Positions 9,780-18,435 of a stretch of DNA of 32,000 nt are shown here, piece after piece (position 1 is the first letter of the stretch; each line of letters starts with the position of its first letter). Below the pieces are notes generated by a model, which saw only the letters and a list, made by a program, of their open reading frames with translations, was not told the DNA's origin and ran no database searches. Where the stretch lies: sequence record OV696619.1; one strand, written 5' to 3'. The stretch comes from Glutamicibacter phage Montesquieu. The position numbers and the translations under genes are program-made.

Positions 9780-10025
9780 ATGGGTAAGTACGAAGCTCAA
9801 GGCAAGGGCCTGAACGTTTGGGCCAACCGCAAGAAGATCTATTCGATCGCCCTCGTGGTGGCTGGCGTCCTGGTCGCTCTCGCAACCACGTTTGGGTTCA
9901 TCACCCGGGACCAGGTGACCGAGTTCATCTCCACGCTCGGCTGGGCCGTGGGTGTACTGGCTGGCATCCTGACGATGCTGCTGGCCGCCTTGGCTCGCAA
10001 CAACGTCGAGCCACCACAGAAATAA
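9780..10025 (+). CDS. Holin
   Basis: 81 aa, two predicted hydrophobic helices (YSIALVVAGVLVALATTFGFI; LGWAVGVLAGILTMLLAAL), directly downstream of the endolysin, RBS aaggagaaccc atg. Confidence 0.75.
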   Translation: MGKYEAQGKGLNVWANRKKIYSIALVVAGVLVALATTFGFITRDQVTEFISTLGWAVGVLAGILTMLLAALARNNVEPPQK

Positions 10026-10057
10026 ATCAACCGCTCCTCGGAGCAGAAGGGGCCCAA

Positions 10058-10420
10058 TTGGCCTACACATATTCAACCCTGTCCATCACTGGCTCGTTCG
10101 ACTACGCGACCCGCGTAGCATTCCAGAAGTTCCTCAAGAAGTGGGGATACTACAAGGGCGTCATTGACGGGCAATTCTACGAGATGTCGTGGATGGGAGT
10201 CCAGCGCTGGATGCTAGATATCCAGACCTACCTCCGAGCTATCGATGGAGCCCATGGGCCATACACTTGGCAGGGCCTACGGTCCACCTTGCGTAAGTAC
10301 AAGCGGTGGTATCAGATCTTCCCGAAGACCTCGGCGTGGTCCCCGCAGCTAGTTGGAGCGCTGCAGCGCTTCCTGAACTCCAACAACCGGAGCCCCGGCT
10401 CGGTTCCAAAGGGCCACTAG
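10058..10420 (+). CDS. Peptidoglycan-binding-like protein, possible accessory lysin component
   Basis: TTG start inferred after 'agaagggg'. Repeated 'GSFDYATRVAFQKFLKKWGYYKGVIDG' / 'QLVGALQRFLNSNN' units resemble cell-wall-binding repeats. The track start at 9818 would overlap the whole holin. Confidence 0.5.
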   Translation: MAYTYSTLSITGSFDYATRVAFQKFLKKWGYYKGVIDGQFYEMSWMGVQRWMLDIQTYLRAIDGAHGPYTWQGLRSTLRKYKRWYQIFPKTSAWSPQLVGALQRFLNSNNRSPGSVPKGH

Positions 10421-10451
10421 TAACTAAGCCAGGCCCCGGCGGGATAAACAG

Positions 10452-10485
10452 ATAAGGCCCCCACTCCTAGGAGTGGGGGCCTTAT
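10452..10485. terminator. Perfect 34-bp palindrome, rho-independent terminator between convergent transcription units
   Basis: ATAAGGCCCCCACTCCT|AGGAGTGGGGGCCTTAT is a 17-bp perfect inverted repeat, followed on + by TTTTCG. Confidence 0.9.
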
Positions 10486-10491
10486 TTTCGT

Positions 10492-10740
10492 TTAGCGGAA
10501 GAACCCGAGCCCGAAAGCGATCAAGTGCTTAGTCCCGACCAAGCGGGCAATGTTCTTGGCGCGGGGGTCCATCCCGTCTTCGATGTAGAAAATTTCTTCA
10601 CCCTCGATGAGGTCCTGGATAACCAAGAACCCCTTCTCCTCGGATCCTACCGACATGGCGTTGGCCTCGCCAGTTTCGTCGGTGCGGATGAAGCGAGCGG
10701 CCATTGCCTCGGAGAATTCCTGAAGTTCCTTGGTGATCAT
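10492..10740 (-). CDS. Hypothetical protein (82 aa)
   Basis: ORF preceded by promoter/leader repeat copy A and GAAAGGAACCAC RBS. Confidence 0.7.
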   Translation of the reverse strand: MITKELQEFSEAMAARFIRTDETGEANAMSVGSEEKGFLVIQDLIEGEEIFYIEDGMDPRAKNIARLVGTKHLIAFGLGFFR

Positions 10741-10819
10741 TTCGGTGGTTCCTTTCGGTAGGTCGAGCTACCTGCCCAACAAAATACAGTCTACCCTACA
10801 ACTCTGGAAATGCAAAATC
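10741..10819 (-). promoter_or_regulatory. Promoter/leader repeat copy A
   Basis: 79 bp; on - strand GATTTTGCATTTCCAGAGTTGTAGGGTAGACTGTATTTTGTTGGGCAGGTAGCTCGACCTACCGAAAGGAACCACCGAA then ATG. Confidence 0.85.
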
Positions 10820-11068
10820 CTAGAGTTTGAGATCTGGATCCATCCAATCAACGTACTCATACCACTCCACGTCGGTGTAGTGCAGCGTGGCCCGGAGTAG
10901 CTGGTCAGGCCACCGCTGACGCAGAATGCGCCGCCTAGCGAGCGCGTCCTCCTTGGTTCGGAATATGCCACCACCTTTCGTCTGCTTCGGCTTCTCGCCG
11001 CCCCACATGACCCGTAGATACCACACCCGCTCGGGCAGTGGCGTCACTCGTGGCTTGTTCACCGCCAA
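10820..11068 (-). CDS. Hypothetical protein (82 aa)
   Basis: ORF MAVNKPRVTPLPERVWYLRVMWGG..., between co-directional genes. Confidence 0.6.
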   Translation of the reverse strand: MAVNKPRVTPLPERVWYLRVMWGGEKPKQTKGGGIFRTKEDALARRRILRQRWPDQLLRATLHYTDVEWYEYVDWMDPDLKL

Positions 11069-11073
11069 CCCTC

Positions 11074-11382
11074 CTAGTTGATCTCTAGTGATATGTGGAT
11101 CAGGACCTCGGTGTGCTCCGGCTGCATAGCCAGCGACTCGGACTGGTAAGACACCAACCAGTCCGTCGAGTCCTTCAGGGCCTTTCGCGAGTACTGGATC
11201 GCCAGGCAGTCTGACTTCTGCGCAGCTAGTGCTGCAGCCGCTGCGACACCCTCCGTCGCCGCTTGACGCCTAGTGCCCCAGTGGCCTAGCTGGACTAGGT
11301 ACTCCGCTTCATTGCGTGAGTCCAAATTTACGTCTACGGGGTGCACGTGGATCTGGTATCGCCACTGGTCCTTGGACGGCAT
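11074..11382 (-). CDS. Hypothetical protein
   Basis: ATG immediately after leader TTGAAAGGAACCACT. The track start at 11424 would translate the hairpin leader. Confidence 0.65.
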   Translation of the reverse strand: MPSKDQWRYQIHVHPVDVNLDSRNEAEYLVQLGHWGTRRQAATEGVAAAAALAAQKSDCLAIQYSRKALKDSTDWLVSYQSESLAMQPEHTEVLIHISLEIN

Positions 11383-11403
11383 AGTGGTTCCTTTCAAGAT
11401 AGG

Positions 11404-11427
11404 ACGGCGGCCCCGTAGGGCCACCGT
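11404..11427 (-). promoter_or_regulatory. Leader hairpin with UACG tetraloop
   Basis: Minus strand ACGGTGGCCC-TACG-GGGCCGCCGT, 10 bp including one G.U pair, 21 nt upstream of the 11382 start. Confidence 0.7.
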
Positions 11428-11439
11428 GGAGTTGGTTAG

Positions 11440-11565
11440 TTAGATGGATTCAGCGAGCTCGACGATCGCGGCGGCGCACTCCTGGCCTGACTTCCAGTTC
11501 GAGTTGTACAGGTCAAAGCCCAGCGAGCTCAGGGTGTAGGCGGCGGTCTGGGAAATGATCTTCAT
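11440..11565 (-). CDS. Small ORF (41 aa, MKIISQTAAYTLSSLGFDLYNSNWKSGQECAAAIVELAESI)
   Basis: Fills the gap between two hairpins in the same orientation. Too short for the supplied track. Confidence 0.45.
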   Translation of the reverse strand: MKIISQTAAYTLSSLGFDLYNSNWKSGQECAAAIVELAESI

Positions 11566-11574
11566 GTCTTCGCC

Positions 11575-11598
11575 GTGGTGGCCCCGTAGGGCCACCAC
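11575..11598 (-). promoter_or_regulatory. Intergenic hairpin with UACG tetraloop
   Basis: Minus strand GTGGTGGCCC-TACG-GGGCCACCAC, perfect 10-bp stem. Confidence 0.7.
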
Positions 11599-11604
11599 AT
11601 AGTA

Positions 11605-11790
11605 TTAGTCGCCTTTCACCAGCTGGTCTAGGATCCGCTTTGCGGTGGCGGCGGGGGTGGGCTTGGCGTCGACCCGCCACTGAGTGACGTGCTTAGTGAC
11701 CGTCTTGACGACGCAGCGGCCATTGTCGAAGCTGTAAATGGTCGAGACTCCGCGACGAGTTACGTCTTCGAGGATCGTGAACTTTGCCAT
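11605..11790 (-). CDS. Hypothetical protein (MAKFTILEDVTRRGVSTIYSFDNGRCVV...)
   Basis: ATG follows repeat copy B. The longer track start (11865) only translates the repeat. Confidence 0.65.
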   Translation of the reverse strand: MAKFTILEDVTRRGVSTIYSFDNGRCVVKTVTKHVTQWRVDAKPTPAATAKRILDQLVKGD

Positions 11791-11869
11791 TTCAGTGGTT
11801 CCTTTCGGTAGGTCGAGCTCCCTGCCCAACAAAATACAGTCTACCCTACAACTCTGGAAATGCAAAATC
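11791..11869 (-). promoter_or_regulatory. Promoter/leader repeat copy B
   Basis: 79 bp near-identical to copy A. Confidence 0.85.
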
Positions 11870-11895
11870 GCCCTGGAACCTAAGCTCCAGGGCGA
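11868..11895 (-). terminator. Terminator hairpin fused to repeat copy B
   Basis: Minus strand TCGCCCTGGA-GCTTAGGT-TCCAGGGCGA followed by TTTTG. Confidence 0.85.
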
Positions 11896-11906
11896 CGTTG
11901 CTAGTT

Positions 11907-12806
11907 CTAGCTCACCGGGTTGAACAGACGGTTGAAGGCGTCTTGTTTGCGGTATGGCTTCAGCAGCCCCTGCTCGGCTCGCAGAGTCTTCAGCTCGCCA
12001 AGTTTAGCTCCACGCACCGGTGCAGCGAAGTCGACCCAAGCGCAGACCGCGCAGAACACGTCCCACTGGGTGAACCGGTTCTGCTCCGGGAGGAACTTCA
12101 GTACCTGTTCCGCCTTGTTGGCGTACCGGGTCATCGTGCTGGTCTTGACCGTGCCTTCAGGCAAGCCCAAGGCTCGGTAGATAGCTCCCATTGTGTCGGT
12201 GGTGCCGTAGGCGTCGCACGAGGTGTCCTCCGCTAGGTCCTTCACGGCGGACCGGTACTGGCGGACCTGCTCCACCAGGTTCTGCGCAGCCAGTGGGAAC
12301 CGACCGGTGAGCCCCTCTGAAAGCTCGAGATTCATCAAGCCCCCACCGGGAAGTTCCACCGCTGCCTGGATCGACGCGGGGATCGTCTGGTCGTAGCTCA
12401 TGAGCCCAATCAAGTAGACCTCCCACTCCGCGCTGTACAGGGAGACGAACACCTTCTTGCCCCCGTCGAGCTCTCCCATCGAGTGGAATTCCAGACCGAG
12501 GTCGGAGTCCCGGTTCATCTCGTCGCGTAGGTCCTGCAAGGTGGTAGCCATGAACTCGTTGGTCTGGAGGTTGAACCGGCCCTTCGTTTCACCTAGGACG
12601 TCGCGCTTGGTTCGGTCCAGTGGGTTAGTTCGGACGATGGCGCTGAACCCCATGGGGATATCGCGGTCGGACATCACCGCATATACTGGAACGTTGCGGA
12701 CGTTCCAGCTGCCCAGCTTGGTGGTCTTCAAGTTGTCTTTCAGGTCTTTGGCTGGGTCGTATTCCGTGCCCAAGATATCCAGGATGTTAGTCATCCAATT
12801 CTCCAT
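11907..12806 (-). CDS. DUF932-like phage protein
   Basis: 'NVRNVPVYAVMSDRDIPMGFSAIVRTNPLDRTKRDVLG' N-terminus and overall length resemble DUF932/TIGR03299-type proteins. Confidence 0.45.
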   Translation of the reverse strand: MENWMTNILDILGTEYDPAKDLKDNLKTTKLGSWNVRNVPVYAVMSDRDIPMGFSAIVRTNPLDRTKRDVLGETKGRFNLQTNEFMATTLQDLRDEMNRDSDLGLEFHSMGELDGGKKVFVSLYSAEWEVYLIGLMSYDQTIPASIQAAVELPGGGLMNLELSEGLTGRFPLAAQNLVEQVRQYRSAVKDLAEDTSCDAYGTTDTMGAIYRALGLPEGTVKTSTMTRYANKAEQVLKFLPEQNRFTQWDVFCAVCAWVDFAAPVRGAKLGELKTLRAEQGLLKPYRKQDAFNRLFNPVS

Positions 12807-13392
12807 TCAGGAAGTCTATGCAGTAGTAGATCAGGCCGCTTGCGCCGCCGTCGATGGAGGTGTCGCCGTCCAGGACATCCGCTCCCAGCTCCTGGGCGAA
12901 GACAGCCATGTTCTGGCTACGGGTGATGGTGGTCCGGACGAACGATTCTTTCTGGTTGGTGCCCCGCTCAGCGAACCGGCGCTCGCGCTCCTCGTCGTCC
13001 ACCGTCAAGTGCAGGACCAGCAACTCGTGGGTCTGGGATAGCTTCTGGAAGAACCCCTTCGTGGACAGGGTAGCTCCCTCAGCGAGGACCATTGGCAGGT
13101 CGCCTAAGACCTCGCCTAGCTCCAGCCACTCCACTGCCGTAGGCGTAGAAGCTCGGTCCAGGCCGTCAGTCCCTGGGTGCTTGTCGCGCATCAGCCCTAG
13201 GTACAGCCCCGGGCCCACGAGCGACTCGAAGTACTGGCCTCGCAAGGTGACGTCATTCTTCTTGTTAGGCTTCACGTGGATGTCCGACAGCGGCTCGAGC
13301 GCGGCCTCTATCTCGTCGAGCAGGAACTTAGTCAGCGTCGACTTACCGGCCCCGGCTCCACCGATGATGTAGATCGCTTTAGGCTTGGACAT
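12787..13392 (-). CDS. P-loop kinase, 5-hydroxymethyluracil DNA kinase (HMUDK)-like, paralog 1
   Basis: Walker A GGAGAGKST, 'MRDKHPGTDGLDRASTPTAVEWLELGEVLGDLPMVLAEGATLSTKGFF' and 'NQKESFVRTTITRSQNMA' match the pattern I associate with the HMUDK family. Confidence 0.6.
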   Translation of the reverse strand: MSKPKAIYIIGGAGAGKSTLTKFLLDEIEAALEPLSDIHVKPNKKNDVTLRGQYFESLVGPGLYLGLMRDKHPGTDGLDRASTPTAVEWLELGEVLGDLPMVLAEGATLSTKGFFQKLSQTHELLVLHLTVDDEERERRFAERGTNQKESFVRTTITRSQNMAVFAQELGADVLDGDTSIDGGASGLIYYCIDFLNGELDD

Positions 13393-13980
13393 TCAGGCTA
13401 CCTCCATAATCAAGTCCAGTGCAAATTGGTCAGGGTTGAAGGAGTGGGCCGCTTTAGAAACTAGCTCCACTGACCCCTGGCCTAGCTCTCTCGCCACCTT
13501 ACCACTCTGGGTGACCGACTGTCGTATCTGTCGCTCAGACGTCTCCTTGCCCGCCTCGGCGGCTTTCTCCAGCAGGTACTCTATCGAGGAACTGAGGTGC
13601 ACCAAGGTCAGGTCATGAGTTTCACCCAGGAGCTCTAGGACAGGTCGTGTCGTGAACCGATAGCCTTCGCCAAGGATAAAGTTCTCGTCCCCTAGCCCAC
13701 GACTCAAGTAGCCTTTCATCGCAACCTGAGCACCTTGCCCAAGAGCGTCTGTGCCGGGGTACTGGCTTCTCATCTTGCCTAAGTACACACCCGATCCGAA
13801 GAACTTGGAGTTGAATTCTTGCCCGTATAGGTTGATCCGGTGGTCCGCCTTGTTGAGTTCGGTGTGCAGGACTTTTACGGGATCCAATCCGGTGGTGGTA
13901 AGCTTCAGGAGGGACTGCATGAGAGTCGACTTGCCAGACCCGGCTCCACCGATAATGTAGATCGCTTTAGCCTTGGACAT
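13393..13980 (-). CDS. P-loop kinase, HMUDK-like, paralog 2
   Basis: 'MSKAKAIYIIGGAGSGKSTLM..LGKMRSQYPGTDALGQGAQVAMKGYL....ILGEGYRF'. Directly abuts and is clearly paralogous to the 12787 gene. Confidence 0.6.
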   Translation of the reverse strand: MSKAKAIYIIGGAGSGKSTLMQSLLKLTTTGLDPVKVLHTELNKADHRINLYGQEFNSKFFGSGVYLGKMRSQYPGTDALGQGAQVAMKGYLSRGLGDENFILGEGYRFTTRPVLELLGETHDLTLVHLSSSIEYLLEKAAEAGKETSERQIRQSVTQSGKVARELGQGSVELVSKAAHSFNPDQFALDLIMEVA

Positions 13981-14869
13981 TCAGGTCACACCCTACGATC
14001 CAGAAGCACGTGGTGCCATCCTGGCGAGTCCAGAACTCAGGCTTCACCATGTTCAGGTAGCGGATCATCTTGCCCTCGTAGATCGGGTGGAAGTCGATGC
14101 CCTTGTACGTCTCAGGCATACGGTCAGCGTATTCCGCAAAGAACGGGTGCAGTGGGATCAGGTTGATCTCAACGTGGCGCTCCACCTCTTCTCGCTTCAG
14201 CCCCGCCTCGGCAAGCCGTGCCCAGAACCACTCGGTCTTGTCCGGGCCGATACCCATCAGGTGGATGGTCTTCAACTTGCCATACCCCAAGGCGTCCAGC
14301 GACCAGAAGACCCCAGACGCCGCGTTGGCTGAACCGAACGGCACCACCAGGTCAGTGACCCCCGTTTGGATGACGTCGGCTGCTTGCTCCACGTCGCAGT
14401 CCAGGAAGTCCTGGAGCCACTTGGTTGGCCACACCGGGTCAGTGGACACCCCGTAGGGAACTTGGAAGACGCTTCCTTGGGACAATTCTGCGATCTCCCG
14501 GGCTTTCTTCTGCAAGTAGGGGTTGTATGCGACTGGCGTGCGGATGAGCTCAGCACCGGCCTCTGCCGCCACACGCACGGTAGGGTGGCGCTCGATGGCT
14601 TTCTCCGGGTCAGACCCAATGAGGATCTGGCTCTTGAGCCCAGAGTAGGCTGCAGCCGAGGCCACACGACCCAAGGCGGGGGCCAAGACCGAGCCACCGT
14701 ACACCAGCGTGTCAGCACCCAGCTCCTTTGCCGTCTCCGACAGCCAGATCGAGGTGCGAACCTTTCCGCTCACACCGTTCTCGAACTTCTGCAGGTCGTC
14801 GCGCTTGAAGTAGATTCCGTCACGCAGCTGCAGTGGGGTGACAGCGTTCAGTGGCAGTGTAGTTTTCAA
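13967..14869 (-). CDS. PLP-dependent fold-type II enzyme (ACC deaminase / D-cysteine desulfhydrase-like)
   Basis: 'LRDGIYFKRDDLQKFENGVSGKVRTSIWL' N-terminus, 'VVPFGSANAASG' phosphate-binding-like loop, 300 aa. Confidence 0.65.
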   Translation of the reverse strand: MKTTLPLNAVTPLQLRDGIYFKRDDLQKFENGVSGKVRTSIWLSETAKELGADTLVYGGSVLAPALGRVASAAAYSGLKSQILIGSDPEKAIERHPTVRVAAEAGAELIRTPVAYNPYLQKKAREIAELSQGSVFQVPYGVSTDPVWPTKWLQDFLDCDVEQAADVIQTGVTDLVVPFGSANAASGVFWSLDALGYGKLKTIHLMGIGPDKTEWFWARLAEAGLKREEVERHVEINLIPLHPFFAEYADRMPETYKGIDFHPIYEGKMIRYLNMVKPEFWTRQDGTTCFWIVGCDLNVQG

Positions 14870-15903
14870 AATAGGTACTCCTCTTTGGTGTGGGTGTCTT
14901 CGTAGCCAGATGGTTGCATGTCGGGGAACATCAAGTGCAGGTAGTGGATCTCCCCAGTCTCTCGATACCAGTTCTGCTTGAGTGGCTTGAGTCCTACGTC
15001 ACCCGGCTGGTGCTCGAGCAGGAGCTCCTCTGGCAGGTGCTCCGCTCGGGTGTCCCACAGCAGCTGGAAACGGTTGCCGAAGTTCGCCTCGGCTTTCTTG
15101 ATTCGGTTGTAGGCCATGTCCGAATACACGTTGGGGTATCGACGGTTGGGCTTGTGCCACGACTTGTAGGTGCACAAGGCGGACTCCATGGTCAGCCTGG
15201 TGGTCTCTTCAATGCCTCGGTTCCTGCCCTTGGCTTCCCACAGGAGCTCCTCTGCGAAGGCGTCGATGTCGTCAACGATGTCCAGCATGAACGGAACATC
15301 CTTGTCCCAGAACACCGAGTCGTGTCCCATGACCAGAGCGGCCCCGTTGCGGTGGGACTGGCTCCCTGCCTTGTCGTGCATCAGGAAGTTGTCCGCATCA
15401 GGGATGTCAGGCAGCAAGATCTTGGCGTACTCGGTCATCGACCAGGCCGACAGGCGGCCCATGAACGGCTGGCTCTTGGCGAAGTCCCAGGTCTCTCCCC
15501 AGCTCTCGTTGACTGCAGCCCACTCGTCCGCTGGGTGATAACCCACGAAGTTCTCGATGTACTTCTCAGTCGCTTCGCCAAACTTGGCTTTCTGGTGGCG
15601 GCGGTCGGTGTCCCACTCCAGCAACTTGAAGTTGTCATTCCAGAACTCGACCGCTTTCTTCCAGTCCTCAGGTCGCGGCGCGGCGTCCAACAGGAGCATC
15701 GACGTCGCGGGGTTCTGGGTGTTGCCGTTCAGCCACGCCAGCCAAGCTCGCTGGTCGTCGTCCATGTCGTAGTGCTCAGCGATCGCTGGCAAGAACATGT
15801 ACACCAGCCCTGGGTGGGTCTTGTACTTCAGGTGAAACGAGTAGAAACGTTGGAAGGCTTCTCGTCGGTTCTCCCGATCCCTCCAGTCGATATTGGTACT
15901 CAC
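14866..15903 (-). CDS. Alpha-glutamyl/putrescinyl-thymine pyrophosphorylase (aGPT-PPlase)-like protein, clade-2-like
   Basis: 'NRREAFQRFYSFHLKYKTHPGLVYMFLPAIAEHYDMDDDQRAWLAWLNGNTQNPATSMLLL' resembles aGPT-PPlase proteins. GTG start (VSTNIDWRD) overlaps the stop of a 28-aa upstream ORF. Next to HMUDK-like and PLP genes. Confidence 0.5.
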   Translation of the reverse strand: MSTNIDWRDRENRREAFQRFYSFHLKYKTHPGLVYMFLPAIAEHYDMDDDQRAWLAWLNGNTQNPATSMLLLDAAPRPEDWKKAVEFWNDNFKLLEWDTDRRHQKAKFGEATEKYIENFVGYHPADEWAAVNESWGETWDFAKSQPFMGRLSAWSMTEYAKILLPDIPDADNFLMHDKAGSQSHRNGAALVMGHDSVFWDKDVPFMLDIVDDIDAFAEELLWEAKGRNRGIEETTRLTMESALCTYKSWHKPNRRYPNVYSDMAYNRIKKAEANFGNRFQLLWDTRAEHLPEELLLEHQPGDVGLKPLKQNWYRETGEIHYLHLMFPDMQPSGYEDTHTKEEYLF

Positions 15904-15986
15904 GCTAGTTCTCCAGTCCCTGTGTCGTTCTCGATATAGTACTGACCCGTTCCGCCGCCGGAGAGGGTCTCGGACGCTACGTCCAC
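15900..15986 (-). CDS. Small translationally coupled ORF (28 aa, GTG start: MDVASETLSGGGTGQYYIENDTGTGELA)
   Basis: Positioned immediately after GAAAGGAACCACA. Its TGA overlaps the GTG of the pyrophosphorylase-like gene. Confidence 0.4.
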   Translation of the reverse strand: MDVASETLSGGGTGQYYIENDTGTGELA

Positions 15987-16004
15987 TGTGGTTCCTTTCA
16001 AATT

Positions 16005-16024
16005 GGTGGCCCCGGAGGGCCACC
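16005..16024 (-). promoter_or_regulatory. Leader hairpin with UCCG tetraloop
   Basis: Minus strand GGTGGCCC-TCCG-GGGCCACC then AATTTGAAAGGAACCAC. Confidence 0.65.
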
Positions 16025-16036
16025 GTGGGGTGTGGG

Positions 16037-16207
16037 TTAGAAGCGGGTGAAGCCCAGTTCCTTGGCCAAGTGATCCTTCAGGCCACCGAGGTTGCAGACC
16101 TTGCGAGTTTCAGCGCTGATCTTCACGCCGTGTTCCTTGGCGATCGCGTAGACTTCGCGCTTGCCTTTGGCTTCGTTGATCTGCTTCTTAGCTTCTGCGG
16201 TGTTCAT
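16037..16207 (-). CDS. Small hypothetical protein (MNTAEAKKQINEAKGKREVYAIAKEHGVKISAETRKVCNLGGLKDHLAKELGFTRF)
   Basis: ATG directly after repeat copy C. Confidence 0.65.
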   Translation of the reverse strand: MNTAEAKKQINEAKGKREVYAIAKEHGVKISAETRKVCNLGGLKDHLAKELGFTRF

Positions 16208-16286
16208 TTCGGTGGTTCCTTTCGGTAGGTCGAGCTCCCTGCCCAACAAAATACAGTCTGCCCTACAACTCTGGAGATGCAAAATC
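16208..16286 (-). promoter_or_regulatory. Promoter/leader repeat copy C
   Basis: 79 bp near-identical to copies A, B and D. Confidence 0.85.
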
Positions 16287-16312
16287 GCCACCAGAACCAT
16301 GTCTGGTGGCGA
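16285..16312 (-). terminator. Terminator hairpin fused to repeat copy C
   Basis: Minus strand TCGCCACCAGA-CATGGT-TCTGGTGGCGA followed by TTTTG. Stem sequence differs from copies B and D but the architecture is the same. Confidence 0.85.
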
Positions 16313-16317
16313 TCGTG

Positions 16318-16682
16318 CTAGATGAGTTCTTCCATGAGAGCATCCAGGTCAGGGTCGGATTCTGGCTGGGGATCCAGCGGCTTGGGTACGTCGCTCGGAG
16401 GTCGCTTGCCCCAGTTGATCACTGAAACTTTGTCGGTGATCCAGGCAGTGGCGATCTCCAGCTCCCGCTGGGTGACCTTGTCTTTCGTTACTACGCTGGA
16501 CACCTCGACGACTTGGTATCCATCCCGGGTCTTGACGACCACGTGGTCGCCTTTCTGGATCGCTCCCCGGTCCAGCTCCTTTAGCTGGAGAGCGGAGTAC
16601 CGATAGCCATACTTCTTGGGGCTTCCCGGGAAGACGATGTGCACGATGTCCGACAGGACTTGAGGTTCTTTGCTGCGGGCCA

Positions 16683-16683
<1 letters not shown>
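16318..16683 (-). CDS. Hypothetical protein
   Basis: ORF MARSKEPQVLSDIVHIVFPGSPKKYGYRYS...; overlaps the NrdF stop. Confidence 0.6.
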
Positions 16684-18037
<1,354 letters not shown>

Positions 18038-18262
18038 CTAGACCACCTCCAGGGCTGGGACCGGCCCTGGGATCTCCAGCTTGAGCGGAAGGAACACGCG
18101 GCACATCAGGTGCGGGATCCAAGGTTCTGCCCCTGGCTCGTCGTACTGGAAGATCAAGCTGCCGTCTTCCTGCACTTCAGCTCGGGCACCTTCACGGTCG
18201 GTGACCATCGTTCCGGCGGGGATGGACTTGAGCTCCTCGAGCGATTCTACTAAGTTTTGCAT
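18038..18262 (-). CDS. Hypothetical protein
   Basis: ORF MQNLVESLEELKSIPAGTMVTDREGARAEVQEDGSLIFQYDE..., exactly abuts the next gene. Confidence 0.55.
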   Translation of the reverse strand: MQNLVESLEELKSIPAGTMVTDREGARAEVQEDGSLIFQYDEPGAEPWIPHLMCRVFLPLKLEIPGPVPALEVV

Positions 18263-18434
18263 TTTCAATCCTCTTCTCTATCCTGGCTATGGTGTAGGCT
18301 TGGGCCACTCGCATCACGGTGGCGATCTGACTGGCTTGATTGTTGGCAGGGAGCTCGTCCCACGCGGGGCTGCCCGGGCTCATTTCCTTCTCATAGAGCG
18401 CCTTGGCGGCCATCTGGCAGGCTACTAGGTCCAT
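18192..18434 (-). CDS. Hypothetical protein
   Basis: 80-aa ORF MDLVACQMAAKALYEKEMSPGSPAWDELP..., partly overlapping the 18038 ORF. Confidence 0.4.
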   Translation of the reverse strand: MDLVACQMAAKALYEKEMSPGSPAWDELPANNQASQIATVMRVAQAYTIARIEKRIENAKLSRIARGAQVHPRRNDGHRP

Positions 18435-18435
18435 G

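Noticed and set aside
8853-10076. 407-aa minus-strand ORF opposite endolysin/holin
   Set aside because: Low-complexity composition, antisense to three well-supported lysis genes.
14890-15939. 349-aa + strand ORF antisense to the pyrophosphorylase-like gene
   Set aside because: Antisense shadow ORF produced by high-GC codon usage. The minus-strand protein has family motifs and an RBS; this one does not.
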